A stretch of 63,447 nt of DNA, counting the filler, from Kipferlia bialata (lineage: Eukaryota), in NCBI GenBank assembly GCA_003568945.1. It is 4 parts of 4 records of this genome, joined end to end, with 100 filler letters (N's around TTAATTAATTAA, not from the genome) between each part and the next. Parts side by side here need not be neighbours in the genome. Positions count along the whole stretch, not along the records: positions 18,268 to 39,158 come from BDIP01000206.1; 3 more parts are not named here. The stretch is one strand, 5' to 3'. The notes below the pieces were generated by a model. It was not told the origin of the DNA. It saw nothing but the letters and a program-made list of their open reading frames with translations, and ran no database searches. This document shows, piece after piece, positions 24,243-37,911 of the stretch; within the stretch, counting starts at the first letter, position 1, and every line of letters begins with the position of its first letter. A program made the translations under genes and the position numbers.

Positions 24243-27021
24243 ATGGCACCTACTGACGCAGACCCCAAGGCCTTCAGAGACCGTGAGGTGTTTTGTGAGT
24301 ATCTTGCCCCGCAGGGAATTTATGAGGGTCAACAACCTTGTGACATTGTGACTGTGGGGCCTGGAACTATTATACGCCTGGCAGTCTCCGAAGAAGGAAA
24401 TGAAACTGCTGTGATACCCCTACACCTGGAGGATGGTGTGACTGATCAGTATCCCGCCACGGTAGGCACCATACCCTGCCGTGTATATGGCGTCAAGGTT
24501 AGCCAGGAGAGCATCATGTGTGTGCAGTGGTTTGACTGGGAGTTGTATGGAGGTGACGAGGACGAGTATGAGCAGAACACCAAGAAAGAGAAGGGAGGAA
24601 TGATACCCGCAAAGAGACGCTACCGGATCAAACTTCCCTCTCTAGCTGTGGAGGAATACAGTCCCATACCGCCCAAGGCTTGGCCTGCCCACCGTGAGGG
24701 AATAAAATCCCAGCAGAGGGTAGAACTTGGGCAGACTGGGAGTGACTGGGGCCGCGCATATGTATCATGCGACTCATTTGGCCTTTGGGACGTGGACACA
24801 CTCTATGCGGGGAGATCCTCAGAATGCGGATACGCTACTGTTAGGAGGAACATCCCGGCCAGAATCGTGGTTGAGATGCTGAAATGCCTGTCCAATACTG
24901 CCAGGTGTTTACGCCACCGTTATCTTTGTTTGTCATCTCTCTCTTCTCACTCCAGCCAGCTCAACTCTCATCCAACTACTGTAGCATATCGCCTCTGTCG
25001 TTCGCTGGCCATAATGTCCCGCTCAGAGGAGGCACGACGGGTGGTGTACAGATTCGAGGGTCTGGAGAGAGTGGCAGGTCTGTGTGGCATTGGGGGGATT
25101 GCATTGAAGGTAGGGTTTCATAAATATTGATATTGGAGCAATATAGAGAAACAAATTGTATTGAAACCCTAATTGAAGGACACTCTCCTGGTGGCAGATC
25201 GAAATCTCTGCGACTCGACTCTCAGAAGCTGGGGCGATATCGTCGGCGACGAGGGGATATCAGCAGCTCTATGCCTCGGACACATGGGTCGGATCATGCA
25301 CAGCCCGAACTCAACCTACCGCCCTTACGTGTACCATGTGGCTGGTCTAGCTGCCGCAGTCACTTCTGAGAACCCCTTCCCGATAATTAGCGCACCTGCT
25401 GTGACAACACTCTGCGAAGTGACTAACGACTTGTATCCAGACCGCCTGGGGTTCAGCATTCTCTCTGCCACACCAGCCGAATACATCTCCGTTGTCATCA
25501 CAGCCGCAACTAGGACCCCTCTCTACCTGCCACTGTGGCGTGCCATATGTCGATACATAGTGGCTTTGGCACCTAAGTTGGAGCCGAGAAGGCACTCGAC
25601 GGCTGGAGGCACTGAAGGCGCTGGACATGAGTCATATCTCGACCTCTCCCACGTGGTCCTTGACACCTTTCCCCCAGGCGAGACTATGGCTGTTCTACTC
25701 TCTCTGCTGCACCCGTTGTCGCTACAACATGTGTTTGGCAGGAGCCGGGTGTTGTTCCACCCTTCTGTGCCTGGGGTGCTACAATGCGTCATCCAAGCGT
25801 CTGTGGTATCGGACGACATCGAAGTACCACAGGCCGTGGGTATTCATTCCACTGTGGTCAAGGCCCCGGGTTATATGATTCATATCCCTTTGCCACTGGA
25901 GTAACATTTGCCCCATACAGGTTCAAGATGTCCCTTCCAGGTAGGGAGACTTGCTGTTATCTCTCATTCAGGTTATGTTTGACCACAGGAAAGACAGAAA
26001 GACCTGTTCATGTGAAGGGTTGGGATCATGTTGTACCCATCACAGCAACCGAGGTATCCATATTCTGTCCCAATCAACACAACTTGATCAACGCCTCATG
26101 TTGTATTTTAACGTGTGTACTGACCTGTATGTATACATATACCTTTTCTAACAATAGTCTTTTTGCAGCGGATACTACCTACGGCCTACGCGCAGGCATA
26201 GAAGCCTTCCTGTCGATCCTGTTCTGACAGACATCCGAGACACTTTGGACTGTGGTGTGTGGACTAGGTCTGTTGGTGACGATGGGTCTATTGAGCACAC
26301 TTGGACACAGGTTCCCCACCCGCCGGCGACCAGAGAAGGGACTCCACTCTTCATTGCCGGTAGTATTCACTACCTCCTGAGAAGGGAGACTCCAATCTCA
26401 GTGATGTCTCTGGACCTCGGAACTCACACCTGGTCAGTGCACCCTTTGGTAGGCCCAGGCCCAAGGTTGGACAGAGATCATGACGCTCACGTCGTGTTCT
26501 CTATGCATGATTGCCTATGTGTCCTCGTTGGGCCTAGCTTTGGTGACCAGAGGTCTATTTGGATGTGTGACGTCGCTGAGAGCTATGACTGGCATTGTGG
26601 CACTTCGCAGCTCATGAAGGCCAACTCACTGTATGAATTCGGCGGATTTGAGCCTCTTCGCGGGTACAAACCTGGCTCCGTTGCCATTGAGAGCTATATG
26701 GACAGTGACGTTGAGTACAACTTGGTAGATGAGTCCCTGCGTGTTTCGAGCATCCCAAGAGACAGACTAGGGGGTAGGTATTCCATGGGTGTGTGTATGA
26801 TGTGGACAAAGGAGTGTGGTGACTCACTTCTATTCCAGGATGCTGTGAGTGGTAGGTGGTCGCAGCCGGGCTGTCCTGTCAACGACATCACAAGCATTGT
26901 GCCTGTAGACGCCCATCGTGCACTTGTGATTGGAAAAGACTCCACCTACTTGATGGACATTTATGAGTGGCTTCGCAGGCACTGCCAAGTGTCTGCCGAA
27001 GAACTTCTTGCCATCATGTAG
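24243..27021 (+). CDS. Hypothetical protein with a helical (ARM-like) middle and a C-terminal kelch-like beta-propeller; possibly two genes
   Basis: Long ORFs 24225-25130, 25173-25904 and 26245-27021 linked by short introns. The C-terminal part has Trp-ended blades (HTWTQVP, LDLGTHTWS, DAVSGRWS) and ends 'SIVPVDAHRALVIG'. Confidence 0.6.
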
Positions 27022-27214
27022 AATGAAATTCGAGTAGATGAACAGTTGGCCCAGTCGGTTATCGCTACTTGGAGTGTACATATATGTCGAGATTGACTTA
27101 GAGTGCGAACAGTACCGTAATTACATTACTAAAGTACGGAATTCGCTTAATATACGTATATAGCAGAAAGATCAGGTTATCCATATGTTCACCATAATCT
27201 GTTGGCCTGGGAAT

Positions 27215-28696
27215 TTAGTCATCTGTCTCAGAAGAGTCCGTTGTCGAGACCGAAGAGCTCTCTGACTCGGAAGACGTGTCACTGGAGACAGTAGTGTCAG
27301 ACTCAGAGGATGCATCAGACTCAGAAGATGTTGACTCTGATGAGTCCTCTGAAGATTGGGAAGGTGTTGAGTCCGAGGAATCATCTGAAGACACTGAAGA
27401 CTCTGATTGGGAAGACTCATCAGTAGTGACAGAAGTTGACTCTGGTTGAGAAGAGTCCTCGGTAGCACCAGACGATGTGGACTCTGATCCGGGAGAATCA
27501 TCAGTGGAGACAGAAGGTGTTTCGTTAGTGTCAGACGATGTTGTCTCTGATGATTCTTCGGTAGAGACAGAAGAAGACTCTGACAGGGAAGACTCGTCAG
27601 TAGACACGGATTGTGAACCTGAGCTATCACTCTCTTCTGATGTTTCTGATTCTTGCTCAGATATGACTTGCTCTCCAAACCTCCAGTATCCAGTCTCAAC
27701 GTCTTCCTCACCGTCTACGTCCACTCCGTTGTGACGTACCAGTGTTCCATACCCATGTCTCTTTCCGTTCAACCAACCACCAGTGTACACCTCCCCATTA
27801 GGATAGATCATTGTGCCAACTCCTGATGGAATCATTTGTACAAATGTGCCGGAGTATACACACCCGTTTCTGAAGGTCTTTGTGCCGGAGTCACTTCTAG
27901 TCCCATTCTTCCAATGACCGGTGTATACAACTCTCCCCTCTCTTACAACAGTTCCGTTCCCTGAGCGCTTACCGTTCCTCCATCTACCTGAGAACACGGC
28001 CCCACTAGGATATATCTTTGTCCCATATCCTGATGCAGCGCCCTTTCTCCAGGAACCGGTATACACACTATCCTCGCTAGTGTGTGTCACATTCTTACAG
28101 TGTCTTCTTCTAACACTGCGGGCCTTCTTGCCAGCGTCTCCAGGGGGTAGAAGGGAATCAGTTGATGTGACATGCAGCGTGTGTTGCACATTGGACACTT
28201 GTGTCTAGCTGTCAAGGCTCTTGTTAGACAGTCTCTGTGGAATGCATGGCCACAGGGAGTCACCACATAGTGCTTGTTTGATCCTGGGCTAAGAGTATAT
28301 ATGAGAGAGCAATACATTGGATATACTATGGATTATGCACATAGTGCTTGTTTGGGCCTGGCGTCAATAGCATAAGAATCAGCCATAACAGTGAAGTAAC
28401 ATAGCGCCTGTTTGAACCTGTAGTTAGAACACAATCAAGAAGATAGCCACAAATACACTGTGTGATAGTGTATGGTTGAGTCTGACGTCAGTGCCTAGGA
28501 AGTAAGTGTAATGGTTTCCATTCATTGCAGTACTACGAGTAGTTCACCATACTAGGGAACAATGGATTCTGTTCACTGAGCAGTACGATAGTATATGTAT
28601 GGTTATCTACATTCAAGCATTGAGTAAAGACTTTTGACAGCATGCATAACTAATCAAAGTGTGAACTGCACCTCCCAGACATATAGGGCACTGCAT
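27215..28696 (-). CDS. RING-H2 plus MORN-repeat protein with an acidic Ser/Thr-rich tail; frameshift between the domains
   Basis: Exon 28696-28672 (MQCPICLG) splices to 28283 (GSNKHYVVTPCGHAFHRDC...HKCPMC), giving a C3H2C3 RING. MORN repeats (YTGSWRKGAASGYG, FSGRWRNGKRSGNG, YTGHWKNGTRSDSG, YTGGWLNGKRHGYG) lie in a different frame (ORF 27215-28198). Confidence 0.8.
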
Positions 28697-28890
28697 TTCG
28701 GTGGGTCAGCAATCTTAGAGGATACAGCGATGTTGCACTATGGACTGTTTGGTGTCTGTTGAGAACAGTGACAGCGATATCTCCTGAGCGAAAGAGAATA
28801 TGCGAATATACTTGTGGAAGAGATACCCTCAGAAGTTGATGCGAATAACAACACTTGTACTCATTCAAGAATCCGTTTTAGAGTATCTAT

Positions 28891-31800
28891 TCAGGTCGTA
28901 GCTGTACTAACACGGTTTCCAACTTGCGTAACTTCAAGACTCTCGCCAGGCCCCCCAATTGGCTGACAAGCGGCAGGAATATCGTGTCTCTCAACACATC
29001 CGAAAGCTACGCGTAAGATATCTGTCTGACACATTCGAGTGTTATTTGTCATATAGTATAGGAAGGTACCCATACATATTACCTTGTATTTAGAGCCACG
29101 CCAGTTCTGACCCACACCGAAGGCTGCTCTGTCTATGGACAACTGCCGCATTACCTCGTCATCCCACCTGACCAGTTAGGAACCTAACTGCTAGGTGTTC
29201 ACTATTACCAACATATAAAGTGTATACACTAGTAGTGGCCGCATGACAGGGCCCCATAATGAATCAGGGTATTATTATGACAATTATCTTAGCTTACCAC
29301 CAGACACTCTGATACACTGTGGGTACCTTGCCCTCTGCGACCTATTTCGACACCAGGCCATACTAGCCAGAGCAACAATACTTCTGTGGATGAGTTAACT
29401 CCCAGTCATAACGGCCATTCAAATCATATTGGAGTTATCTCTAGTGTTCAATTAGAAATCTATCAATTAGTTCCTGTTATGGGGACTTTCCATACCTAAG
29501 GATCAATGACTGCAGTGAACCCATAGGAGAGTCAGGCACTGCTAGTACAGACGGAAGCATTTCCTCTTGCTGCGTGTAAAATATGACCATCGATATATCT
29601 ACACACAGTGGTAACCATACGTGAGGCCTATACAAGAGGTATGTATGAAATGTACTATATGAGATACATATGAATTCGCTGGTACCTGCGGCCTAGACAG
29701 TTCAATAACAGTCTCTCTTTCCGTTTGAGACATTGACTCTAGCCAAACAGTGTAGTGTTGCAGCTTGAGGTTAGATATATGTATGATTCTGTAAAATGAC
29801 GTATGTACGTTGGACAACAAGTCATTTGGACTGGTGTACCTCCATAATGATATCAGACATGGCAGTTGGATCGGTGGCCAGAATGAGTTTCTTCCATAAG
29901 TCGCAGAAGCCCATTGGCAGGTGTTCGAGTAGACCAGTCTGCTTGGCAAGAACAATAAGCAGCCTTGAGTCAAAGTGTTAACGGTGTGGGTTAATGGGAA
30001 TACAGAAAGATGCCTGCAAGGAGGAATAGAGTACGGACAACGTGTTCAGAATAGTCACACACTACTATTTGAGTAAGAGATGGTTTGTATTGGTGTCATC
30101 CACAACGCGCTAGTTAACGGGCGGCTACTCTTCCATGGCACAAGAAGCTATAGAGGCACACTAATATGTGACACATCACATCTTACCCTGCAGTGTGTGA
30201 CAAGCTGCTCTGGCTTCTATGGAGACAGGACCTTACTAGGACACGGTCATCAATGATATGGGATCCTAATATCAAATGAGTTCAAAGTCGAAGTGGCATA
30301 TAGTAGTACTATAATTGTACATGTAGAAACCTCACCTCTGGGTATGCCTCCCTGAAGAGCTGTCAAGAGAGCAAGTAGACTCTGATGTCAGACTGTTATC
30401 CGCTTTCCCTGTATCATATATCGGCAATACAAGACCGATCTAGAGTTGGGATGCGTATCAGGTGCTTATCGTTACTCTTATAATACATCAGTGTATATGG
30501 TGTTTGGATGTATGTACTATCGCGATGTAGCAAGAGCGTACCAGGTGCATGCTCATGAGTGTCACTCCACCAGTACTGGCCCTGACTGAATGAACCAGGT
30601 GGTGGGTAAGGTGAAGGGTGTCGAGACAGGTCTGTATCCTGTGCCGTGGCATAACATACTGGGTTAGAGAACTATATAGCTTTCAACTCAAAGAGGAAAG
30701 GCTATTCTTCAATAAGAATGTGGACAATTTCTATCACTGAATATTATTTGCTCGCTAATAGGAAGAACTCCAAGCATTACACTTTGAATCACTCTTTAGC
30801 ATGTAAATGACACGTACCGACAGGGAAAGCAAGAAAGAGGTGAACACGTCCACTGAGACTCCGGATGCATCCAGTCTGAAGTGAGATTAGAAGAAGCACA
30901 TAATACTACCCATGATTAGAGAAGTAGGTCAGTGCTACAACTTAGTGTGCTTTAGGAAAAAGCCCTACCCGTTGATATTGAAGAGACACAGAGCGACAGT
31001 CTCTATCACTGGGGCATTGAGGGTTCTCCCCATCAGAGTTGTGTGGTAGTGGATGTCGGCTGTGAACTGACTCAGGGCATGGCTGGGGTTAGAGACATAC
31101 AGTTCTTGAATACCACTCAATAATAGTATGTTTCGCGGAGCACAGGTGTGAATACTCAACGCACCTAGCCCGCATACTCGCTGTCGTTGTCTGGAATCTG
31201 TACAAGAAATCCTTTGCTCTTCCCTGGGCATCAGGACACAAAAGTAATAACACTCATATCAACACATAACAGACGTTGATAATACCTGTTTCACGATGCG
31301 AAGTGGCGGTAGAAACAGCGTCAGTGGCAGGTGCACCGAGAAACGTAGAGAGTGCAGCCTCAACGGCTTCAGTAGTAAGTCAGTGGCACAACTCCGAATA
31401 GCAATAGGGCCGCCTATACACCTCTGACGACAGCGCCATATACCGCACTGGCAGACTGGTCCGCCTACTAGAGAGGACGGGAGCACTAGTGGCATATCTC
31501 TATGAGCACGATGACGTCTTCGCATTAACCTGTGTTGTTAGTAGGGTCATGAATATCATGAGTGAAACATGAAGGAACCTAGTGTGCTGAAGATATACAA
31601 CATCCACATACTGATTGATTGATATATATATACCTCAGGTGATCCCGATGCCATGCGAATGTCAGGCATCCTGGACTCTGGTGTCAATGGTGGCTCAATG
31701 TAAAGATTGTTTGTACTACACGGAGTCTCTTACCTCAAGTGGGAAACCGTCAGCAGTCCGCCTGTCTACATACTGGTCCCACACGAACCGTGTAGCAAAC

Positions 31801-32631
31801 TGATGTCAGTTAGATTGTGATTATGTGTTACTGTCTTTTGGCTTAGAACACAGACCTAGTAGACAATTGCTACTCGCAATGGTAACTACGTTACGTACCC
31901 TCTCCCTCCCGTTGAAGAGCACTATGCTGGCTGGAGCATATACATTGTTTGGGGCCGACGCTAGTGTCATGGAACCCTGTACAGTCAGACTATACAGAAC
32001 TCTACAAATACTGAATGGAAACATGTATGAATCTTCGTTGAAAAGAACTGAACATATAAGGCATGGGTAGTATAGATACCTCTGGTGAGAGTATGTATGT
32101 CCTGACATCTGGCAGCATCTGGTCCATGTGTCGCATCCATACACCGTAGGGCTGGAGTGTTAGTACTTATATACTGCACAAGTGGATAGCATGTAACTAC
32201 TTGCATACACAATACACACATATATGTAGTGAGTCTCATCCATACACCGTAGGGCTGGAAGGTTAGAGCAAGAATGTACAAATACCCAGATACTAGAACG
32301 ATATACACTGGGAACCACTGGGAAGGTAAGTGTGTGTATGTGTGAGAGTAAGTGACACTAACCTCGTATGGTTCTAGCAGAAACAGCCTGTACCACGACT
32401 CTGTGACCATCATGTTCTGGTCCTGTGCATACTGGATATAGGGGGTCTGGAGTGAGTATTAAAGTCTATTGTATATACATTTCTATATGTGACATAAATG
32501 TGCTCTAAACTCTAACTATCATGTTCTAATCCTGGGTATAATTGTTATCGTGGGTCTGAAGTGAAAATCTTCATATCATGTTCACGTTGTCTGCTACGCC
32601 CACATCCTTCAGTATCAATCTCAAGCATATG

Positions 32632-32673
<42 letters not shown>

Positions 32674-35582
32674 GGAAGCACCGAGTCACTGCAGAACTAG
32701 AAGGAAACGCAAGAGGCGGCCACCTACATGTTAGCTTCTCTTACCTCTTCTGTATGCAGTGATATACACCGCAATATATATAGCTAGATAACATGTATAT
32801 ACAGTTGATATATATAGTATTCTGTGTACACCTGAGCTGCTTGGTTCTCCCTGGTGGATGGTATGGCAGTAGTAAGAAACACTATCAATATTATATAGAT
32901 GCTTATCATTATCAATGCTTACCTGAGCTCCTTCGTTCTCTCTGGTGGATGGAACGGGAGTGATGGGAACCTGGCAGTGCATGATCCCTTGGACCTACTC
33001 TCAGTCCTGGCAACTGGGAGCCAGAACTTATCGTCAACATCCTGGTTATGAGCAAGGAATGTTACACTTGTCGTACGTCCTGCGATAACAGTATGCCTAG
33101 ATAGATTGCGATAGGGAATGATAGCACAGTGCGTACCTCTGGTGTATACGGAAGCCTGCCACAGCGAAGCTCTAGCACTCTACCCATAACGAGGTGGTAA
33201 TGGCAGACCTTGGCTGCCTTATGAAGGCTGTTATGGTTAGGTACTCATTTCTAGACATATCTTACTTTGACACTTAAGTCTTGGTAATCCAACGTAGTGT
33301 ATTGGTACTACATACCAATCAGAGAATAACTAAGTGATGGTCTGATATATACACTCATCTGGACACTTCTCTATACCTCTCAAGTTCCTCAGTTTTCGTC
33401 ATTGCTGTCAGCAGAGAAGTCAGGTCACCTGAAGTTGAATGAATAGCTATACTCAATCATTGTAGACTTAGTGAGAGACCCACCTGCAGCATTGTGGAAG
33501 TCTAACTGGCTCCCTGACAATACGGTAGACGGTTGAAGCAACCTCGCATACTGCTGTCCCAAGGCTGTGGATCGGAGCCAAGTCCTGTGAATGAAATACA
33601 ATCTTGCACAATATGGTAGCGAATATAGTAGTGGATATATGTGGGGTAAAAAGTTTATGGTATGTCACGTAGTTGGGTATTGTCTTGTGAGACCAAGAGA
33701 GTACCTTGTCTTAAGTAAAGAAGTCTGAGTGAACACCATACGCGCCAGAAACTGTTGCCGTGGCCTTGGCAAAACAACCAATAGTTCATACAATGCCTGG
33801 AGTGAGATTACCGGGCACACTCCACGTTTAGTGCAACATGAAGTATTGCCACGTAGAATACATACAACAGATACATACTCCGAATTCAAATACATTGGAA
33901 ACACGCCAGTAAAATACCTGTTGCAGCATTGTGGTTGATGGAAGACCCAATGTGTATGTTGCAGAATGGCTGAGGAGCCTTAGAGCACTCTCATTACCGA
34001 GCGGTGTGTTCGTCCTCTCTTCTGTCTCTCCAAACGTTAAGGATAGAACCTATGTAAGTATAGGCCCAATGAGTGTTTTGGTAAATAGGTATGGTGGTAG
34101 AGTGGGAGATACGTAATATATGATATTTTCCTGTATACCTCATGTACCGCCACAGGTGCGGTTTTTGAGGTGTCTAGAAGCAGCCACACAAGCAATGTAT
34201 GGGCATCCGTAGCAGGTGGATCTGTTTTGCATTTCTACAGTCAGCAATTGGCAAGAGATTATGATAGACACATACATTGCTATTCTAACAATATTTCATA
34301 TTGCACAAACCTCATTCAGAAGTGTATCAAGTGACGTCGGGTTCAGCATCCACTGAGACACAGCATGTGCAAACGGATCAGGTACACAGGGAAGGAGGCA
34401 AAAGGAACCAGAGACAAGGATGTACACTGGCAGCAGACATAGATAAACCTGGGTTCAATTATACACACCAAAGACATTTTCAGTTGGTAATACTCTTGAT
34501 ATCCTTGCTTGTAATCCTCACCTCTAATGTGTCTTCTCCAAGTAGTGGTACAAAACCACTTATGGTACCCAATAGACACCCAATGCCCATCACCTTATGT
34601 CAGGCTTTGCTGCATACTTTCTTACATTACTCGACACTGGATGTGTATCACTGACAGTCTGATATATACTGTGTCAATTCCTTCTACTTACCAGGACCCG
34701 AGTTAAGGTAACACTTCTGTAGAAGCCACCTAGGTGGCCGAAGTGATGAGTGGATGTGTTAGTACTGAAATGATGTCATAACTAAACACTAGATAGGATA
34801 AACCTATTAGGTAAGGGTTACATGAAAGATAATACATACCTCTTTCTTGTCTTTGAACCCTCGCAACTCTGTCTGCATTGGCTGTGTCACATTGGGTGAA
34901 CAGGGACAGTATCTTGTGGTCAGTAATCAATTTATCAACAACACACCTGTAGGTTTCGATTCTGTTCATATGTTACATATGAATCATATGTATGTAAACA
35001 GGTCTCACCCTAATCTCTCCATAGAGAAGCAGTACTCCGGCCACTACTCCGATCATCCGGAACTCTTTTCTGTAGCCAATAATTGCACTGAGAAATTGGT
35101 GCAACCAGTCGAGAACCAAGCCGCACTGGATACACCTCAGTCCAACTGATGCCGCTTCTCCGTTGTATTGTGGTATCTTGGTAGCTATTGGTGGTTCCTC
35201 CTCTCCCCGGTGAGACAAACATACCAGGCAGTATTGACCAGCTTATAGTTAGGTTATGCTTGCAAGTATAGGAGGAGTAATCATCTCTCTTTTCCACACT
35301 CATGGAGCATATCCCACCTTTGTAAGTGGGATACACTGGCTGCCACAGGAGTGACCAGTGGAACAAGGCCCTGCACAAAGGAAACTCTAAACATCTGCGA
35401 AGCATTACTACGTATCGCTGGATAGTACAGTGGAAATGGTAACTGGGTGGTATACATCTCTGAACGCCGCAGAGAAGGGTTAACAGAAGGAGGTAACCGG
35501 AAGCAAACAGGTACCCAGCGATTAGGAACACGCGGAGATGTCTGGATCTGATGAGTAAGTTACTTACTAAGCGCATGTTCAA
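28891..35582 (-). CDS. Large orphan multi-exon gene (ends uncertain)
   Basis: At least 14 consecutive exons from ~34450 to ~31290 splice in frame without stops, e.g. KCKTDPPATDAHTLLVWLLL.../VLSLTFGETEER.../ALYELLVVLPRPRQQ.../TWLRSTALGQQY.../DVDDKFWLPVAR.../TPYIQYAQDQNMM.../FATRFVWDQYVDRR. The 5' and 3' portions are less well resolved. Confidence 0.65.
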
Positions 35583-36317
35583 TTTAGATTGAAGACCAGC
35601 ATCGGAGATACATATTCAATGACTAACTGTAGACAAAGGGCAAATGCCGGTTCGAAGAGGATCATTATAATTATACGTACTCTTTCCACAATGGCATTGA
35701 TACTGCCATATCCGAGACTAATTCCGCCTCTGTAGGGGCGCCGTCCCCTGTTGCCACAATACCCCTGTTGTGTACTAATATATGGAAAGTGCGGAGATCA
35801 CCTTTCATCGGAAGTATATAGGTTAATAGATATCTTCATAATATGGTTTCATGTTTGAGACTTTCAAAATAGGAACGTTTGAACTGTAGACTAATAGGCC
35901 TAGTACAGTCTCTAGTAAACTGATCCAACAAATAGATGAGTGTGGTGGGCTTAATATGTACATGGGATATATTCCAGAGTCCAAAACTAAAGGTAGATCT
36001 ATTGTTGTGGTCTACATACTGCTGCTAGTACACCTACTATGTGCCTAGTGCTCAAAGAAACCACTACAAGAACACCCCAACGGGCCAGTAACACTCTGAC
36101 CCAAAGAAACATCAACGAAACAACACAAAACAACACGTGTCCACCAGGACTAAACGAATGGGAGACCACAACCAGTATACAAGTAGGTTGGGCTCTAACA
36201 AGATCTCTCTGTCTCTCTCTGTCTCTCTCTCTCTCTCAACGAACTAATACCACACACTCACAGACCCCCACCTCACAGGTTAGAGACGCAGGGGGTTAAC
36301 TACATGTACTCTCTCAT

Positions 36318-36743
36318 TCACGACCTCTCCTCGGGCTGCATATCGATATCGGCGTCTAGGTTAGCTCTCTCTCCTGTCTCGCCCCACAGTGCCTTGGCCT
36401 CTCTCTCCCTGCACCCACCCACACACACAAAGGAGTGAGTGACGTTGGAGAGAGAGGGGACAGAGACCATAGTGCCTATGGTTGGAAAGAGAAAGGGTTT
36501 AGAAAGAGAGAGAGAGAGATAGGTGTATAAGAACATATATACCTAGCCCGCCCTGGGGTGCCGACCGTCCATACACCACACAGCGTATCCTAGAGTGGAC
36601 AAGGGCCATACTGCATCCTACACAGGGCTCGCTGACCTAGAATAAGGGTCTAGACGGAGAGAGGGAGAGAGAGAGAGAGAGAGAGTAGTGGACAAGGGCC
36701 ATACTGCATCCTACACAGGGCTCGCTGACCTGGAATAAGGGTC

Positions 36744-36775
<32 letters not shown>

Positions 36776-37877
36776 ACTTACCAGGAACATGTCCAGTCCA
36801 GTGGCCAGGTACCCATATATATTTGAGAGTGTGTATATATACATAGAGATGAGATGACATCAATGTATATAGTGTATTATGATACTATATCACATACCAG
36901 GAACATGTCCAGTCCAGTGGCCAGGTACCCTCCTCTGCCCTCCCCGGCACACATCTGGGGGTCAGATAGGATAGTGATAAATATATACAAAATGATGATA
37001 TTAATATGTGGTAACCGCTGCTCTCCCCGGCACATCTATCGTGACGATACATATATATCCACCATATATATACATATGAATCATACCTTGAGTGCCCTTG
37101 TGGTGGAGTGTGCCCATGGGTGGGTGTTGGGCTCAGCCTGGGGAGTTGGAGAGAGAGAGAGACAGAGAGAGAGAGGGGAGGGCGGCGCTGGGGGGGGGGG
37201 GGGGATGGAAATATTGACTGTGTGTGTAGAATGGGGACGTGGGGGGAGGGGGGATGATATGAGGCATTCAATACACTATCTAGGCTGTTGACTATAGCAT
37301 AAAAAGAGAGAGAGAGAGAGCTTGGGACACTCACCTCAGCCGTCAGGTACTTGTCCACATCTGAAGCCTTGCCCCACTTGCCCTGAAAGTCAATAAGAAG
37401 TCGGAGATAGTCACGATAGTAGTCAAAGGGAGTCAAGATAGTAGTCAAAGGGAGTCAATATATGTAGTATATACCTGTACATCCTGTGGAGGCTCAATGA
37501 CCCGTGGCAGCTGGGCATGGGCTGAGAGTTAGAGATAGAGATTATACATTTAGTCTATATATCAAGGTGGGGGGTTACATATACATATGTATATATTACC
37601 AGGTGTCAGTGAGTCATCGGCATGGTATATGTATACATATATAGATACATGTGTAACTACTACACATACCGGGTGTGACAGAGTGTGCCGCTGCGACTAT
37701 GCATCTACGCTGGGGGTCCACAACAACTGGGGGGTTAGATATACATATAAATGAATATATATACATATATATAGATATGGATATATGCATAGAGAGAGAG
37801 AGAGAGGAAGAAGATATAGAGTCAGGGTCAGTGTGTTAGGTATGGGGGTCCACAACCACTGGGGGTCAGGGTGGGAG

Positions 37878-37911
<34 letters not shown>

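Noticed and set aside
35645..35665. GGTTCGAA T-loop-like motif
   Set aside because: No tRNA cloverleaf pairing around it.
21100..36000. Endogenous giant virus or transposon island (AT-richer DNA, MORN and RING genes)
   Set aside because: No capsid, polymerase, packaging ATPase, RT, integrase or transposase motifs seen. The genes carry host-type spliceosomal introns.
36590..36930. CRISPR-like repeat-spacer pattern
   Set aside because: The repeats are pairs of exon-end copies, not a regular array, and there are no cas genes.
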